Shown piece by piece: positions 39,715 through 54,783 of a stretch of DNA of 64,000 bases; the first letter of the stretch is position 1, and every line of letters starts with the position of its first letter. Position numbers and translations under genes: made by a program. The notes beneath the pieces are model-generated. The model was not told where the DNA came from, did not search any database, and saw nothing but the letters and a program-made list of their open reading frames with translations. Source of the stretch: Octopus sinensis (lineage: Eukaryota); the NCBI RefSeq assembly GCF_006345805.1, contig NC_043005.1, positions 81,716,001 through 81,780,000 of the forward strand, in the 5' to 3' direction.

Positions 39715-39903
39715 ATATATATATGCGTATATTTATTTTACATACACACGTGTGCACACTCAGATTCATTCGCATACACTCATGGACACAGTAATACGTA
39801 CTCGCACAGAGACACAGATACACACACAGACTCAAACAACGTGCACACACCCACATATGTATATAGTGAGAGAGAGAGAGAGAGAGAGAGGGAGGGAGGG
39901 AGG

Positions 39904-39979
<76 letters not shown>

Positions 39980-40223
39980 TAGCAAGCGATCAGTTGAAGC
40001 ACAATCATTTCTTTGCCAGGCTTTAGTTCCAGTCTGGTAGTACTTTTTCTTTAAAACACTAATTTTCTTCGTAAGTGAAGGAAGTTAATGGACATCGGTG
40101 ACATAGCTTCTTCCACAACAATAAATCTATTACGAAACGAAGATAAAATAAATGCAATTTTCGTTAGGCACTCGGAAGTATTCTTACTGTTTCAATTCCA
40201 ACCTACTGGCGTGCTTTCTAGGA

Positions 40224-40546
40224 CATGGGTTCTGAACCATTTTTTTATCAAAGGACCCCTCTAATTACTATTTTATTCCGGTGGATCCCTATAACTGTTT
40301 GATTTTTAAAAATTAGTTTTATAGAAATCCTCTTACGAAATTCCTATTTTGTTTTTCACACATTAACTCGTGTAGATTAAACTATATAAAACGATAGATA
40401 AAGAGACCTAACCGTTTCTTGTAATATTTACCAATGCATACATGCAAAGCAAATTTTTTTCAGGGGCCCATAGAATGCTATTGTGGATCGCCAATTTACT
40501 CATTTGTTGTATGGGTCCTCATATTGACCCCAGTTGAGAACTATTG
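40224..40546. mobile_element. hAT (Charlie-like) MITE
   Basis: Degenerate TIRs catgggttctgaacc / cagttgagaactattg; 8-bp TSD ttctagga (40216-40223) vs ccctagga (40547-40554), similar to the NTCTAGAN target. Confidence 0.75.
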
Positions 40547-41331
40547 CCCTAGGATTACAGATAATTGTGAGTGAAATTTTTTGAGGGAGACCCTGTGAAA
40601 TTGCATGCGTGTTCGTGTATCTCCCTGTGCGTTTTTCTTTATTTGTCCCTGCAACGATTGAAAAAGTGCTTATTTGTTACATTATAAAAGCATAGCGTGT
40701 GAAAGGAAACGGCCAAAATATTTTTTTTTTGTCTTTTAGTCTGAAGAATTTAAAGCATCAAAACAAATTTACCGAACAAACATCAGAAGATATTGATTCA
40801 ATTAAGAGCCGCTTAGACGTTTAATTTTATTAATGCTATTTTCCGACAACTGACCTAATTCTGGCCATGTCGTTTTTGTGTTGTTATTCAGACCACATCT
40901 TGTGTCAACAGCTATCAAACCAACGCCATTGTACATTATCAACCACGTCAAAAACGCCTTATTTAGTATATATATATAACTTTAAATAGTTAAAGAACGA
41001 TCAGTATGATTTATCACAATCATCAACGTATTTACCTAACACAGAGAATAGAATTTACTTTCGATCTTTTATACAGAAGTGGCATCGATACTTATGAAAC
41101 TAGCCCTATGTTCTACATAGTGATGCAGATATATAGGTTAAGACCATGATTCTATGTACATATTAGAAGTGCTTTTCTCTCTCTCTCTCTCCCTCTATCT
41201 ATCTATCTATATATTTATCTATCTATATCTCTCTATTTATCTGTCTATGTGCCTGTATGTATGTATGTATGTATGTATGTATATATGAATGAATGTATGA
41301 TAACGACATTCTCCATGTATGTATGATAAAG

Positions 41332-43045
41332 GTATGATAACGGCATTCTCCAACATGATGCTGAATGAATAGCAGAAGTGGTACAGAACAAGACTGTCTG
41401 TCTTTAGTGATCCAACTGATATTGACGTAAGGGATGTGAACGAAGTCGATTCCCAAAATTTAATCTCGAGCATAACTTATACTACTTCAGACATCATAGC
41501 AGCAATAAATGAGATCAAATACTATTCTGTTGTAGGCCCTGATAGATTCCCCGTTAGTCTCCTGAATGAATGTAGTCACCAACTTGAAGTCCTTCTAATC
41601 AACCGCTGGAGAAATTCTTTAGACTCAGGTTATATACGGAAACAGCTCTCATCGCAGTTTGTCATATACGGAAACAGCTCTCATCGCAGTTTGTCATGCA
41701 GGTATTCCACGCAGTCAGCTATCGCACAATCTCACTCAGAATTAAAGTGCTTGAAAGGGTGGTGAGATCAAATATAGCTAACTTCTTGGAGAGCCACAAT
41801 CTCCTAAATTCAAACCAGCATGGCTTTCGCTGTAGCAAGGACTGTCTAACGCAGCTCTTACACCACATCAAAGATATCCTTAAAGCGTTGGGAACATCTT
41901 CGAACTCTAATGTCATATATCTTCAATTCAGTAAAGTGTTTGACAGAGTCGACGATAATATCTGCTGACAAAATTGTCAAATATTGAAATCTGTGGAAAA
42001 TTACTACAGTGGATTGAGTATTTCCTGGAGAACCGAACACAACATGTTGAAATCGGTACAATCCACTCAAGCCCAGCAAAAGTTACCAGTAGTGTCCCTC
42101 AGGGGACAGTCTTGGGCCCACTCTTCTTTATAGTCTCTATATAAGTTAACTTTTCAGCGTTATAAAACGCTGCAAAGTGGAAATATTCGCTGATGACTCT
42201 AAGCTTCTGAAAATTATCAATGAAGAAGAAGACCGAAGTGAACCCCAGTCTGATCTACATGCTGCGAGTCAATAGGCAGACAAAAAGTAAACGTGGGAGA
42301 ATTTGAGCTGATGCATTTTGGGAGAAAGACTATATACTAAAACAGCCATACTTTCTTCTTTCAGGGGAACCACTCATAGTATCTAATAATATCAGAGACC
42401 TAAGAGTAATTGTTGACAACAATCTCAGCTGGAGTGCCCACATCAACAATAAGGTCGATATAGCTCCTAGGATGAGATCCTAGATCCCAGGAACTTTACA
42501 ATCCAGAGAACAAGGTGACATCATTCCTCTTTTCTCCTCTTTTGTACGGCCACACCTCGAATACTGCTGCCCTCTGTGGTTCCTCCATACAAAACAAAAC
42601 ATTTCGAAAACTCAATCACCCCAGAGGTCGTTCGCAAAAAAAGAATTAAGGGCATGTCTGATCTTGAATATTAGGACCGCCTTAAAGCATTGAAACCCTA
42701 AGGCTAGGACCACGGGTCATACGCCCCCTACCCAAGTCAGGATGATAATACATAAACACACTGCAACACAATTCCTTTCCTCTAAAAGGCCCTGCCGAAT
42801 CTTTAACGTAGACCCGAAACAGACCAAAAAGGGAAAAGATCCTATTACCTTCAAACGGAATCTGGACAAATTTCTTCATGGAATATAAGACACTTATACC
42901 TGGATACAACTCACTCAACAAGAATTCCCTGCTCGAATGGAACATGATGCCACATAACTAGAGTTAAAAAAGGATTTAGCTAATCCTATCAGGTGGTGCT
43001 ATTGAAATAGACATGGCCAGAACCAATCTTTGCTCGAAACATATC
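41332..43045 (+). mobile_element. Decayed CR1/L2-type LINE (RT region to 3' end)
   Basis: GPDRFP, IKVLERVVRS, NQHGFR, YLQFSKVFDRVD, VPQGTVLGPL, FADDSKL and RPHLEYCCPLW motifs; 3' end homologous to 53700-53940. Confidence 0.9.
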
Positions 43046-43809
43046 TAAATTATCAACGTTATCTAAGTTATGTATGTATATATATATGTATGTATGTATG
43101 TATGTGTGTGTGTATGTATGTATGTATGTATGTATGTCTTTGTCTGTATCTTGCGATCTGTTAAATGCATTAAAAGTAAGGCATTATCCTCCACAAATAC
43201 GAGTGTGTGTGTGTGTATATGCATGCGTACGTGCGTGCGTGCATGTGTGTGAGTATGTGTGTGTGTATGTGTGTACGTGCGTATGTACTGGTAAATGTGT
43301 GATGTGTATGCGTGTTTGTCATTAAAAAAGTTTTATATATGCCGGTGACCGTTTGGCCCTATCCTCAATCATAATGTGAACCCAAATGACATTAAATTTA
43401 CAATTTTCTGCAAAAAGATTTGTGTGAATTTCTATGTGAATATGGGTTCGTGTAATTTTAAAGATGTAATTAATTATCTTCATATTACATTTGCCGTAAC
43501 TATATTTTAATTTCATTTGATGTACTCTTTGACATGTCTTTTTATTCGCGTGGGGTATAAGTTCTTTTTGTTAGATATGGTTTACCTTTCATTATTTATT
43601 TCATTAGAATTAAATGACAACTTAGATTCGTTAAACAGAAACCATAACGAATATAGATGTACCCTTATATTTTCATATGCTTCTTCCTCGGATTCTATAC
43701 AGTTTAAAGCATGTTAGTATTGAGAGATACTGTTTCTTTTTGTACGTCGCAGTTCCTCCATTTAAAAAGAATCTGCTTTTATATATTGGCTTTCATTTTT
43801 CATTTTTTT

Positions 43810-44080
43810 CAGTAATGGGACTGCGGCCATGCTGAGGCACCTCCTCGAAGAATTCTGGTTGAACGAATCAGTTCCATTATTTATTTCGTTTTGAGCCGGT
43901 CAGGTCTTTTGTCCGTGATTCTTCTGAACTGCTAAGTTACGGGATGTAAACACAACATTACTATTCATCAATCGGTTGCGGGGGACAAGCCCAAACGAAA
44001 ATAGAGACAGAAGAAAACACACACATATATGTATATACAGCAGGCTTCTTCCAGTTTCCGTCTTCCAAATCCGCTTTCAA
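43810..44080 (-). mobile_element. SINE family A, head missing
   Basis: gactgcggccatgctgaggcacc...gctaagttacgggatgtaaacac...cagtttccgtcttccaaatcc. Confidence 0.75.
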
Positions 44081-44912
44081 ATAGTATCAAGATATTGTAT
44101 AGATAGAAGGCATTTATATCTTTCCGACATGTTTCTAATATAAGGCAGAGAGATCAATATGTCTATTTTACTAATGTTATTCATTCTTATATCTTTATAC
44201 TTGAAAAAATATGCTACATTTGTGAGATATATGTTACTATAGATTGCCTTTCTGCCTTGTTAGAATATGTGTTGGGCAGAACTTAGATGTTTTGTACGAT
44301 ATTTGGCCCACAGATAATTATTTTCTTTACACAGCATGAATGGGTAGTATTAAATTCCCACTAGTGGGATGCCCTAAAAGTACATGTACTTCGTCCTGAA
44401 GAGGCTAAAATATGAAGGCTGGGCTATATCTCTGAATTGCATAATAAAGGCTGCAGATCCTAACGACCAAGATGACAACGCTAGTTAGAATTTATCGGTA
44501 TGTGCCAAAATACATTAACTGATAAGATTAATTAACTGTTTGTAGCACGTAACGAGGCAACTTTTGCGCTTATTCTTTTTACTGCATGGCTATATTGCGC
44601 ACAAAAAAGCCAGATTAGAAAGAAACAAAAGCAGGAAATGTATAATGAGAAATCATACAATCGTGGAGAGGAAGTAAAAGAAGAAAAGCTAAATAGATAC
44701 ATTGATGCGCCAGAATAACTTGTGGGACAAATCTGTTGTCACTTCAGTCGCTGTCAATCATTAAAAAATGTTTACGTATCGACGCATGACCAATTCTGTC
44801 TAACTTGCCCATTAACAGTAAAAATTACGTTGTCCAATGTTATAACTTTCTTTTCAATACGTACATCACACTGATAATTTTATACCAGCACAGAAACACA
44901 CATACACATTCA

Positions 44913-44982
<70 letters not shown>

Positions 44983-44989
44983 CACACAT

Positions 44990-45026
<37 letters not shown>

Positions 45027-45051
45027 ATAATATATATATGCACACACACAT

Positions 45052-45117
<66 letters not shown>

Positions 45118-45279
45118 TATTTGAAAACTCCGCTAGAATGGACGAAAGCGCTATTATATGATATATGATGTATGAAAACATGTAATATACAAATAAATAT
45201 CTGTAAATATAAAACCATCCGAATTTCTGGGTACCTCATTTCTTCTATTATAAAATACATGTACGTCATCTCCAAACCT

Positions 45280-45322
<43 letters not shown>

Positions 45323-46321
45323 AGCACACACACAATGTTTCTTCAGTTTGAATTTTAGAAACTTTTACTTTTGGGAATGACTTGTACATCTTGCATATGT
45401 AAATATTTAAAAAAACCTATTAAAATCCTTCTATCCTTTTAACTGCATGCTTTAACATAACAAAATGTTTAAAATCTTAGCTTGTTTTGATAGATTGGAA
45501 ATACTTTACTTTAGTAGCAATATATACAATCTCCAATAACATTATTCCATAACATTTTTATTAACAGTTTTATATAAGCATTTACTTCTAAATTCAACAA
45601 ATAATATCCTCGTAGCAACATTGAATTTGGAAAGCCTAGTTGGATTGAAGACGGTTGCTATAGAATATATTAATGTTCATAAAAATTCAATACATTTTGT
45701 CAACACTACAGAAGTGATGTCACTGCAACATCGAAGGTATTTTAATACGAAAATTTCACACATGAATTTTGAGTCGTGATGACATAAACGAATGTACAAA
45801 TCCAACTTTAGAGATATATAATTTCATAACAGCACACCAGAAAGCGTGTAAACGAAGGAAACTGTAAGTGATTATTAGAATTTCATAGAAATAACAGCTT
45901 TGCCATAACAATGCGTGAAAAAACCTCGGGCTATTTAATGATGTATTAAATGTAATGTTTAAATGAACGACAAGCCGTGTGCGGAGGGAAAAACCTGATC
46001 ATCGATTGATTTCGTCACAGCCGGGATTTAGTGTTAACAACACACTGCTAACTAACAATGTCTGTCACTTTCTTAATGATGATGCAGTTAGTAAAGTGAT
46101 ACCTTCAGTGTAGGGCTTTACTGCCTATGCTATTCTGTTTCTTTTAGTGATTTTCTTTTATTAATTGATATTTGTATAACGTAGCTACTTTGTGAAAGAT
46201 GCTGGTCCATGTTGTGTTTAAAGTGTGGTAAATTACTATAAAGATCTGAGCTCAAACTGGTTGTGACTTCTGCCACAACGATTTAGAAGTCAAATAACAA
46301 TGATGAATTAGTATTAGTTTA

Positions 46322-46545
46322 GCTAAGTTGGTTCAGCGGCATTAGAGTCATGATCGCAAGGTAGTAGTTTCGATTCGAGGACCGAGCGGTGTGTTGTGTT
46401 CTTGAGCAAAGCACTTCATTTCACGTTGCTTCTGTCTACAAAGCTGGCAAAAGTGAGAAGAAACGATGTTCCCTCCAGTGAGCTGCATATGCGCCACAGA
46501 ATCCAGGGAACCGGTGTTGTGAGTCTACATTATTCGGGATGGAGT
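46322..46545 (+). mobile_element. SINE family C, decayed
   Basis: gtttcgattc B-box remnant, then gtgttgtgttcttgagcaaagcacttcatttcacgttgct. Confidence 0.7.
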
Positions 46546-47298
46546 TCCGTTTTTACCTGTCTTATTTTAGCTAAAGAAAATAGATTATTATTGCTATGAA
46601 ATAGTTTATAACGGTATAGACCAAGTGATAAAGCTTGTAAACGCTCACATCACATGGGTATTATAATCAAACTATGCTCTGTTATATCATTGGGAAAATT
46701 GTGAATGCCATAGTATGTTATTTCAAAAATGTGCACTTTAAAGTCAGAAGATTTCAATGATATTTTTTAAGGATGCAATGGAGGGAAAATATATAAGGAA
46801 TCACATACTAATTTTATCCATTATGAAATCGTGTTCAACATATATTATCCGAGGTACATTATATAGTCAGTCTAGATACCTATGGATAAGCGAAATGAAA
46901 ACGCTAATACATGAGTGGTATTAACTGATTTCGCTGGTAAAATTATTGTAATATATCGCTGCTATAACAAATATTATCCCAGCAAACAATGAAAGTAAAT
47001 GAGGGAAAACGTTTTGTAGTTTTGAATAGAATAATAGATAATAAAATACAAAATTCTTGTATGGACATGGTATCAATTTTAATTTTTTATGTTAACAAAC
47101 ATTTCTGTAAATATATTGAAAAATATAATTTTCTGTGACAGAATTTAATATTTCCTCACTCACATTTTACTCAAAAGTTATTCTGATCAGAACAGCATTA
47201 AATCGTGCTGCAACATCGAAAGCCGTTCTTTCATTTGACACATCCACTATAAGTGTATAACTATGTGAATGATGATTTAATATTTATAAGATACAAAA

Positions 47299-47490
47299 AA
47301 GGCGGCGAGCTGGACGAAATGCTTAGAGGTATTTCGCCTGTCGCTACGTTCTGAGTTCAAATTCCGCCGCGATCGACTTTGCCTTTCATACTTTCGAGGT
47401 CGAAATATTATGTACCAGTGAAACACTGGGGTTGATGTAATCGACTTCTTCCCTCCTTGAAATTTCAGGCCTTGGGCCTTTAGCAGACGG
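47299..47490 (+). mobile_element. SINE family B copy
   Basis: aaggcggcgagctgg...ctacgttctgagttcaaattccgccgcgatcgactttgcctttc. Confidence 0.88.
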
Positions 47491-47547
47491 GATTTATAAC
47501 AGAAAAAAAATCGAGAATGCATGTAGTTTATTATCACTGGTTCTACT

Positions 47548-47735
47548 AAGGCGGCGAGCTGGCAGAAACGTACGGATCGGCATTTCTCCCGATCCTCTCC
47601 GTTCAAATTCCGCCGCGGGTCGATTATGCATTTTTGTTCTTTCTTTGTCGGTAAGATAAAAACTACCAAAACAGTAAGGCCAATGTAATCAACTAAACTC
47701 CTGTCCGTACAATCGCCTTTCATGTTCCAAGATTT
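47548..47735 (+). mobile_element. SINE family B copy, decayed
   Basis: aaggcggcgagctggcagaaacg...ttcaaattccgccgcgggtcga. Confidence 0.75.
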
Positions 47736-47741
47736 GAAATA

Positions 47742-47960
47742 CAGTAATCCCTTGCCATATTGCGGTTCACCTGTCGCGGTTTATTATTTAAGCTTACGTC
47801 GATTCTTCCGTATTGTTTTGTGTTTATGATAAAATAAATATATACAAATTATAAAAATAATAAAACAATATATATACACAGCACTGTTTCTATTTTGCTG
47901 ATTTTCACCTATCACGGGGTATTTTGGAACGTAACGCCCGCGATAGTCGAGGGTTTACTG
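47742..47960. mobile_element. Tigger/pogo-like MITE
   Basis: TIRs cagtaatcccttgccatattgcgg / cgcgatagtcgagggtttactg; TA on the left flank. Confidence 0.75.
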
Positions 47961-48104
47961 CAGTTCTCCTTATTTATTAATTTGATTTACGAGTCTAATT
48001 GAAGTTCTATTCAGTAAAATATTTATACGTAGTTACACATGATTTTAATTTGAAAGAAACTAAAGCTCTAGAAGGTAAGCTTTTGAATATGAATACTGTA
48101 TTAA

Positions 48105-48328
48105 ACCTTCACATTTTTGGCACGAGGTAGGCATATCTGGCGGTGGGGGGGGGGGGTAATAGTCGATTTCATTGATCCAGTATTTTACTGGTACTTATTT
48201 TATCGAAACTGACACGATGAAAGGCAAAGTCGACCTCGGCGGAATTTGAACTCAGAACGTAACGGCAGACGAAATACCACTAAGCATTTCGCCCGGCTTG
48301 CTAAAGATTCAGCAAGTTCGTCGCCTTA
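48105..48328 (-). mobile_element. SINE family B copy
   Basis: gatgaaaggcaaagtcgacctcggcggaatttgaactcagaacgtaacggcagacgaaatacc...gtcgcctt. Confidence 0.9.
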
Positions 48329-50020
48329 CAACTTCTGTAATGATGCTCTGTAGTTTTTAATTTCGTACGTACAGAATGATATCCTTCATACTGCAATATA
48401 TGCGCCATATGATTAACTTTTCGTAACCTACGTCGATTCAGAAAAGTTTGCATCTATTCATGTGAAGAAAGTAATTTTTGATACTTTTAATAGACACTTT
48501 AGCGATAAGACCTTTTTATTGATGCAAATATGATTAGCTTAAATTGAGCGTCGTCAGTTAGATGTTGTCTTGAAATTCCAAAATTGTAGGGATCCGAACT
48601 CCAACATTTATATGTACAAATGGCAATATTCAGAAAATTATTATCCTTTGAGTAATTCATTTATTTCATTTCCACTACTTAGGTCGACATCTCCAATCAA
48701 CCACCGTTTAATTTAATTCATTACATCTAATTGAATCGAATAATTAGAATTAATATTTTAGAACCTTTGCAAAAGATTCAACTAATAAAGAAAACGTAAC
48801 TCGAAGAAGTATTCCAAACTCGACATAAGTAAAACGTAGCTCTATAGCACAGTTTCATCGCGTTTATTTAATTTATTTTGAATTTTCCTTTTAGTTTTTA
48901 AATCAAAACTAATAACATAATTACTCACCAGAGTAAGTTAACTTCAGTACGAGTATATTCCATTTATTCACAGATCGAATATCTAAATTTAATTTACGAT
49001 AACTTTCGACGAAGTTATCAATTTAACTTCGCAAATTAAAATAAATTCGTGACACCAGGCATGTTGACGAAATGAATAAAATTCCAGAAATCACGTCTTA
49101 GTATATATTCTGAAATGTCTCAGGTAATTTGTTAGTGCAGGTTCAAACTACTTGCTTATTTAAAAACAAACGAGTAGACCAATTAGAGTATTAAATACGT
49201 ATTTAAAAAAGCAAATCTATAAGCTATATAAGATGTATTTTTGTAATAACTTAGCCAGCAGCCATGCTGCAAGCAGGAAGGATTCTTAAGATTATGAAAA
49301 TATCATTTAGCTTTGTATTTTGCCATTGCATATTACAGCAAGTCGAAATATGACCCACAGTAAAAGCTCATTAATAAAGCATATCACGTTTAAGTATATA
49401 AAAACACATAACTTTGAGATAGTTTCTCAAGACTTCTGAGTTTCAATTGACCTAAAATGAACGCATTTAAACGACATTCATAGAGTGTTTTACTCTCAAA
49501 GCAACCGATCTTACGATTAAATTTATCAACATCTTAATTTTGTAAAGTGCGTCAGCCTAAATTTTAAGGGATTATCATCATAATGTACTTCTGATTGAAG
49601 TACAAGTAGGTAGTCAACACCATAGAACCTTGTACTTTCCACGGTACATTATTCTATCGAACCTGGAGGGGTTGAAGATACACCTGACGTTTGTGGGATT
49701 TAAGTTCAGAATACATCGACGGGGGGGGGGGGGATACCACAATAAATTCGACAGAAAGAGTGTCTAAGACCATCATATGTATTCATACATATATCTTTCT
49801 TTCCCACTTTCCCTCCCTCACAAACTCTGTATATATGTGTGTATACACACACCCGCCCACACACCCACCCACCAACACACACACACACACACACACACCA
49901 CACATATATATATATGTATATTTATATTTATATATATATGTGTGTGTGTATATTTATATATATATGTGTGTGTGTATATATATAATATGTATATTTATAT
50001 ATATATATGTATGTATATAT

Positions 50021-50064
<44 letters not shown>

Positions 50065-50136
50065 AGTGTATGTATGTATACATGAGTATAACACACCCCA
50101 CCACACACCACATATATATAATATATATATATATAT

Positions 50137-50630
50137 ATGCAGTTTATGCTACTGGAAGAACTGAAACATCTAAGACTCTACTCACTGGGGCGAAGGCGGG
50201 ACAGGTATGCAGTAATATACATCAGGAGGAACCTGGAAGGGATTGTACCAAATTTTGGCATTGAAAGCTACACCAATGCCAGAACGGGTCGACACTGCAC
50301 AGTGCCAAAGATCCCAGCAATGCCATCCCGTTTCAGGACCAGTTACTGCAACAGCCTGGGTTTCAGACGCCCATAGCCTTTTAATATTCTTCCAAAATGG
50401 CCCGAGGAATCTGCACAAAATAGATGTAGGCGGTTTTAAATCCTGGCCGGACTTCTCCCTGTTGAGATTCCCAGATGAACCTACATCACTGCAAGAGGTG
50501 CAAATGAGGGTAGCAACATCAAAGTCTATTCTACACCAAGTGTCACAAATTAGAGGAGGATCTCAGTAATAACAGTGTAGCAAACGGTGGTGGCCAGCAT
50601 GGCCACGACTACAGCTAAAACTACAAAAAC
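50137..50630 (+). mobile_element. CR1-type LINE 3' fragment, second family
   Basis: LEELKHLRLYSLGRRRDRYAVIYI...GIVPNFGIESYTNARTGRHC; tail cggtggtggccagcatggccac. Confidence 0.8.
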
Positions 50631-50639
50631 AAAATATCG

Positions 50640-50692
50640 ATATGAGTATATATATATAATATGTATATATATAGAATATAATATATAATATG

Positions 50693-50734
<42 letters not shown>

Positions 50735-50771
50735 TATTATATATAGATATATATATATACATATATAGGTA

Positions 50772-50813
<42 letters not shown>

Positions 50814-51039
50814 CTATATATATGTATATATATATATTATATATATATATTATATAATGTATATATATAGATATTTATAATATATATATATGTATATATG
50901 ATATATATATACTATATATGTATATATATATATAATATATATAATGTATATATATAATAGATATATATATAATTATTATATATATATATATGTATATATA
51001 TTGTATATATATAGATATATATATATAGTATCTATATAT

Positions 51040-51077
<38 letters not shown>

Positions 51078-51180
51078 GATATATGAATGTATATATATAT
51101 AATTATATATATATTATATATATATATATATATTGATATATAATATAGAGATATATATATATATTATAATGTATAATATA

Positions 51181-51257
<77 letters not shown>

Positions 51258-51393
51258 GTATGTATATATATATATATATATATATATTTTATATAGATAT
51301 ATATATATATGATATATATATATGTATATATATATTATATATATATATAGTTATATATTATATATATATATATAGTATAATATATATGTTATA

Positions 51394-51433
<40 letters not shown>

Positions 51434-51501
51434 TATATATATGTATAGATTATATATATGTATATATATATATATATGTATATATATATGTTATGTTTAT
51501 A

Positions 51502-51549
<48 letters not shown>

Positions 51550-51585
51550 ATATATATATATATTATAATAGATATTATATATTAA

Positions 51586-51623
<38 letters not shown>

Positions 51624-52021
51624 ATCTATATATATATTATGATATATCTAGATATATCTATGTATATATATATATTATAATATTATATATATATGTCTAT
51701 ATATATATATATATCTATTATATATTATATATATATATATATATGTAATATATTATATATATATATACATTTAATATATATATATATGTATAATATATAT
51801 ATATATATATATAATGTATATATATGTATATATATCTATATATATGTTATATATGTATATATATATATATATATGTATATATATGTATATCTATATATAC
51901 ATAATATGTATAATATATATATATATATACTGTATATATATATATATATATGTAATATAATATATATATGTATATATATATATATATATATCTATACATA
52001 TATGTTATATATATATTCCTG

Positions 52022-52077
<56 letters not shown>

Positions 52078-52400
52078 TATAATATATCTATTTGTATATA
52101 TATATATACATATATATGTATATATAATATGTATATATATCTATATATGTATATATTATATATCATATATATGTATATACTATATCTGTATATATATATA
52201 TTATATATAATATATACTATATATGTATATATATATATATATATGTATATATATAATATATGTATATATATCTATATCATAGATATGTATATACTATAAT
52301 TATATATATATAATATACATATATATGGTATATATATATATATATATATATATAATACATGTAATATATATATATATCATAATGTATATATATATACATA
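50640..52400. repeat. ~1.75-kb degenerate (TA)n array
   Basis: Directly visible. Confidence 0.95.
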
Positions 52401-52402
52401 TA

Positions 52403-53943
52403 TTTGCTAATCTGTGGAGAAACTCACTGGAGCTGCTATTATTATATTCCAAAAACCTTCTGTCCCCAGTCTGTTGTCCCAGTTTTCAAAAAGGGAAACA
52501 AGTCCCTTGCAGTGAATTACCGTCCGATCTCACTCACCTCTCATATCATCAAGGTATTTGAGAGGGTGGTGAGATCTCAAATAACCCAATTTCTGGAAAG
52601 CAACAGACGGCTGATCTCCAACCAACATGGGTTCCGTAATGGAAGGGACTGCCTAACGCAGCTCCTGCATCACTTTGAGGACATTTTGAGAGCTTTGGGA
52701 GAGGGCTCCAACACCGATGTCATCTACCTTGATTTCAGTAAGGCCTTCGACAGTTCGATCACAAGATCCTATTGAAAAACTATCCAACATTGGTGTCTCT
52801 GGAAGTTACTGAAATGGATTAAGTGTTTCCTGACAGACAGATCTCAACATGTTGTAGTTGAAGGGGTAAAATCAAGCCAGCCAAAGTCAGTAGTGGCGTT
52901 CCGCAAGGCACTGTGCTGGGCCCACTTCTTTTCATCATTTACATTAATGACATTAAGGACATCATCAAGCACAGCAACATAAAAATCTTTGCAGATGACT
53001 CCAAGCTACAGAAGGTCATAAATGAGGCGAGTGACCGGACATGCCTTCAGTCAGTCTACTGGCTGTTATCCAATGGGCAGAAAAAAACAATATGCTGCTG
53101 AACGAGGATAAATTTGAGCTAATCCACTTTGGAAAGAGGATGCCCTGAAACTCCCATACTCCCTTCCTTCAGTGAAACTCTCGCGGCGTCAACAACATCC
53201 AGACTTGGGAGTAATTGTGGACAACAACGTAAGCTGGGCCACATATAAACACCAAAGTTGACATGGCCCGCAGAATGTGTTCCTGGATTCTCAGAACTTT
53301 CCAGTCGAGAGATATCCACACCATTATCCTTCTCTTCTCCACTTTTGCCCGACCCCACCTTGAATGTTGTCCACTGTGGTCTCCCCACACATACAAGGTA
53401 TCAAAAAGTCGAAGCACCTCAAAGGGCAATCACAAAAAAGATAGATGGCATGACAGGCCTCGACTATTGGGGTCGACTAGAAAAGCTAAACTCTATCTCT
53501 CCACGTCGTCGTGAGCGCTACATCATCTGCATGATGTGGAAAATATTCCATCAGCATTGCCCAAATGATGTGGCATCACCTTTAAGGTACATCCAAGGCT
53601 TGGCCCCGTGCCATCCGCCCAAAACAAAAATCGCACTCTCATCTCATAACAACAATACGGCACAATTATTTCACCTCAATTGGCCCCGCTCTCTTTAACA
53701 TTACACCAAACACACATTAAAACAGAAACTGACCCTATAGGGTTCAAGAAGTCTTGGACAGATTCCTTCAAGAAATCCCGGATAAACCCCCTACACCCGG
53801 ATATGTCTAAGTAAACAATAACTCTCTACTTGAGTGGGCCATAGTGCCCAAATTCTGACTTGAAAGACTTCACCAGGTGGTGCTATTAAGTTAGACATGG
53901 CCTGGGCAATAATGGCCGAAACCTATCAAAGTATCAAAGTAAG
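52403..53943 (+). mobile_element. Young 5'-truncated CR1/L2-type LINE
   Basis: VVPVFKKGNKSLAVNYRPISLTSHIIKVFERVVRS...QHGFRNGR...YLDFSKAFD, VPQGTVLGPLLFIIYIND, IFADDSKL, RPHLE.CPLWSPH; tail (ATCAAAGT)2. Confidence 0.95.
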
Positions 53944-53955
53944 TATATATACATA

Positions 53956-53991
<36 letters not shown>

Positions 53992-54175
53992 ATATATATC
54001 GCGGCCTTCGGGCTAAGACATTTTTAGGATTTATAAGGATTTTTATATATATATGTTAATATATATGTATATAATATGTATATATATATATAATATATGT
54101 ATATATATATATATATATTGTATATAATATTTATATATATATATATATATGTATATATTTTATATATATATATAG

Positions 54176-54214
<39 letters not shown>

Positions 54215-54387
54215 TATAGTATATATTTTATTATATATATATATATGTATATATATATACTATATATGTATATATATCTATACAATATATGTGTATATAT
54301 AATATATATATGTTAATATGTATATATATATGTATATATATGTAGATAATATATATAGATAATATGTATAAATATATATATATGTAT

Positions 54388-54418
<31 letters not shown>

Positions 54419-54678
54419 TATATGGAATAATATATATGAATATATATATATATATATATATATATCTATGTATATATAATATATGTATATATCTATATAT
54501 ATATATATATGTATATATATAATATAATATATGAATATAATATGTATTATATATAGTATATAATGTATATATATCTATGTATAGATTATATATATACTAT
54601 ATATATATACATATATGGATATATGATATAGGTATATCTATATATATATATATAATATGTATATATATATAGGTTATC

Positions 54679-54711
<33 letters not shown>

Positions 54712-54742
54712 TATATATATATATGTATATATATATATGTAG

Positions 54743-54783
<41 letters not shown>

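Noticed and set aside
42189-42215. CUGAUGA...GAAA in the old LINE
   Set aside because: It is the codons for the RT ADDSKLLK motif, and the intervening bases do not pair.
45130-45153. CCGCUAGA..GAC GAAA GCGC UA
   Set aside because: Palindromic helix III is present, but the core has several deviations and the helix II 5' strand is absent.
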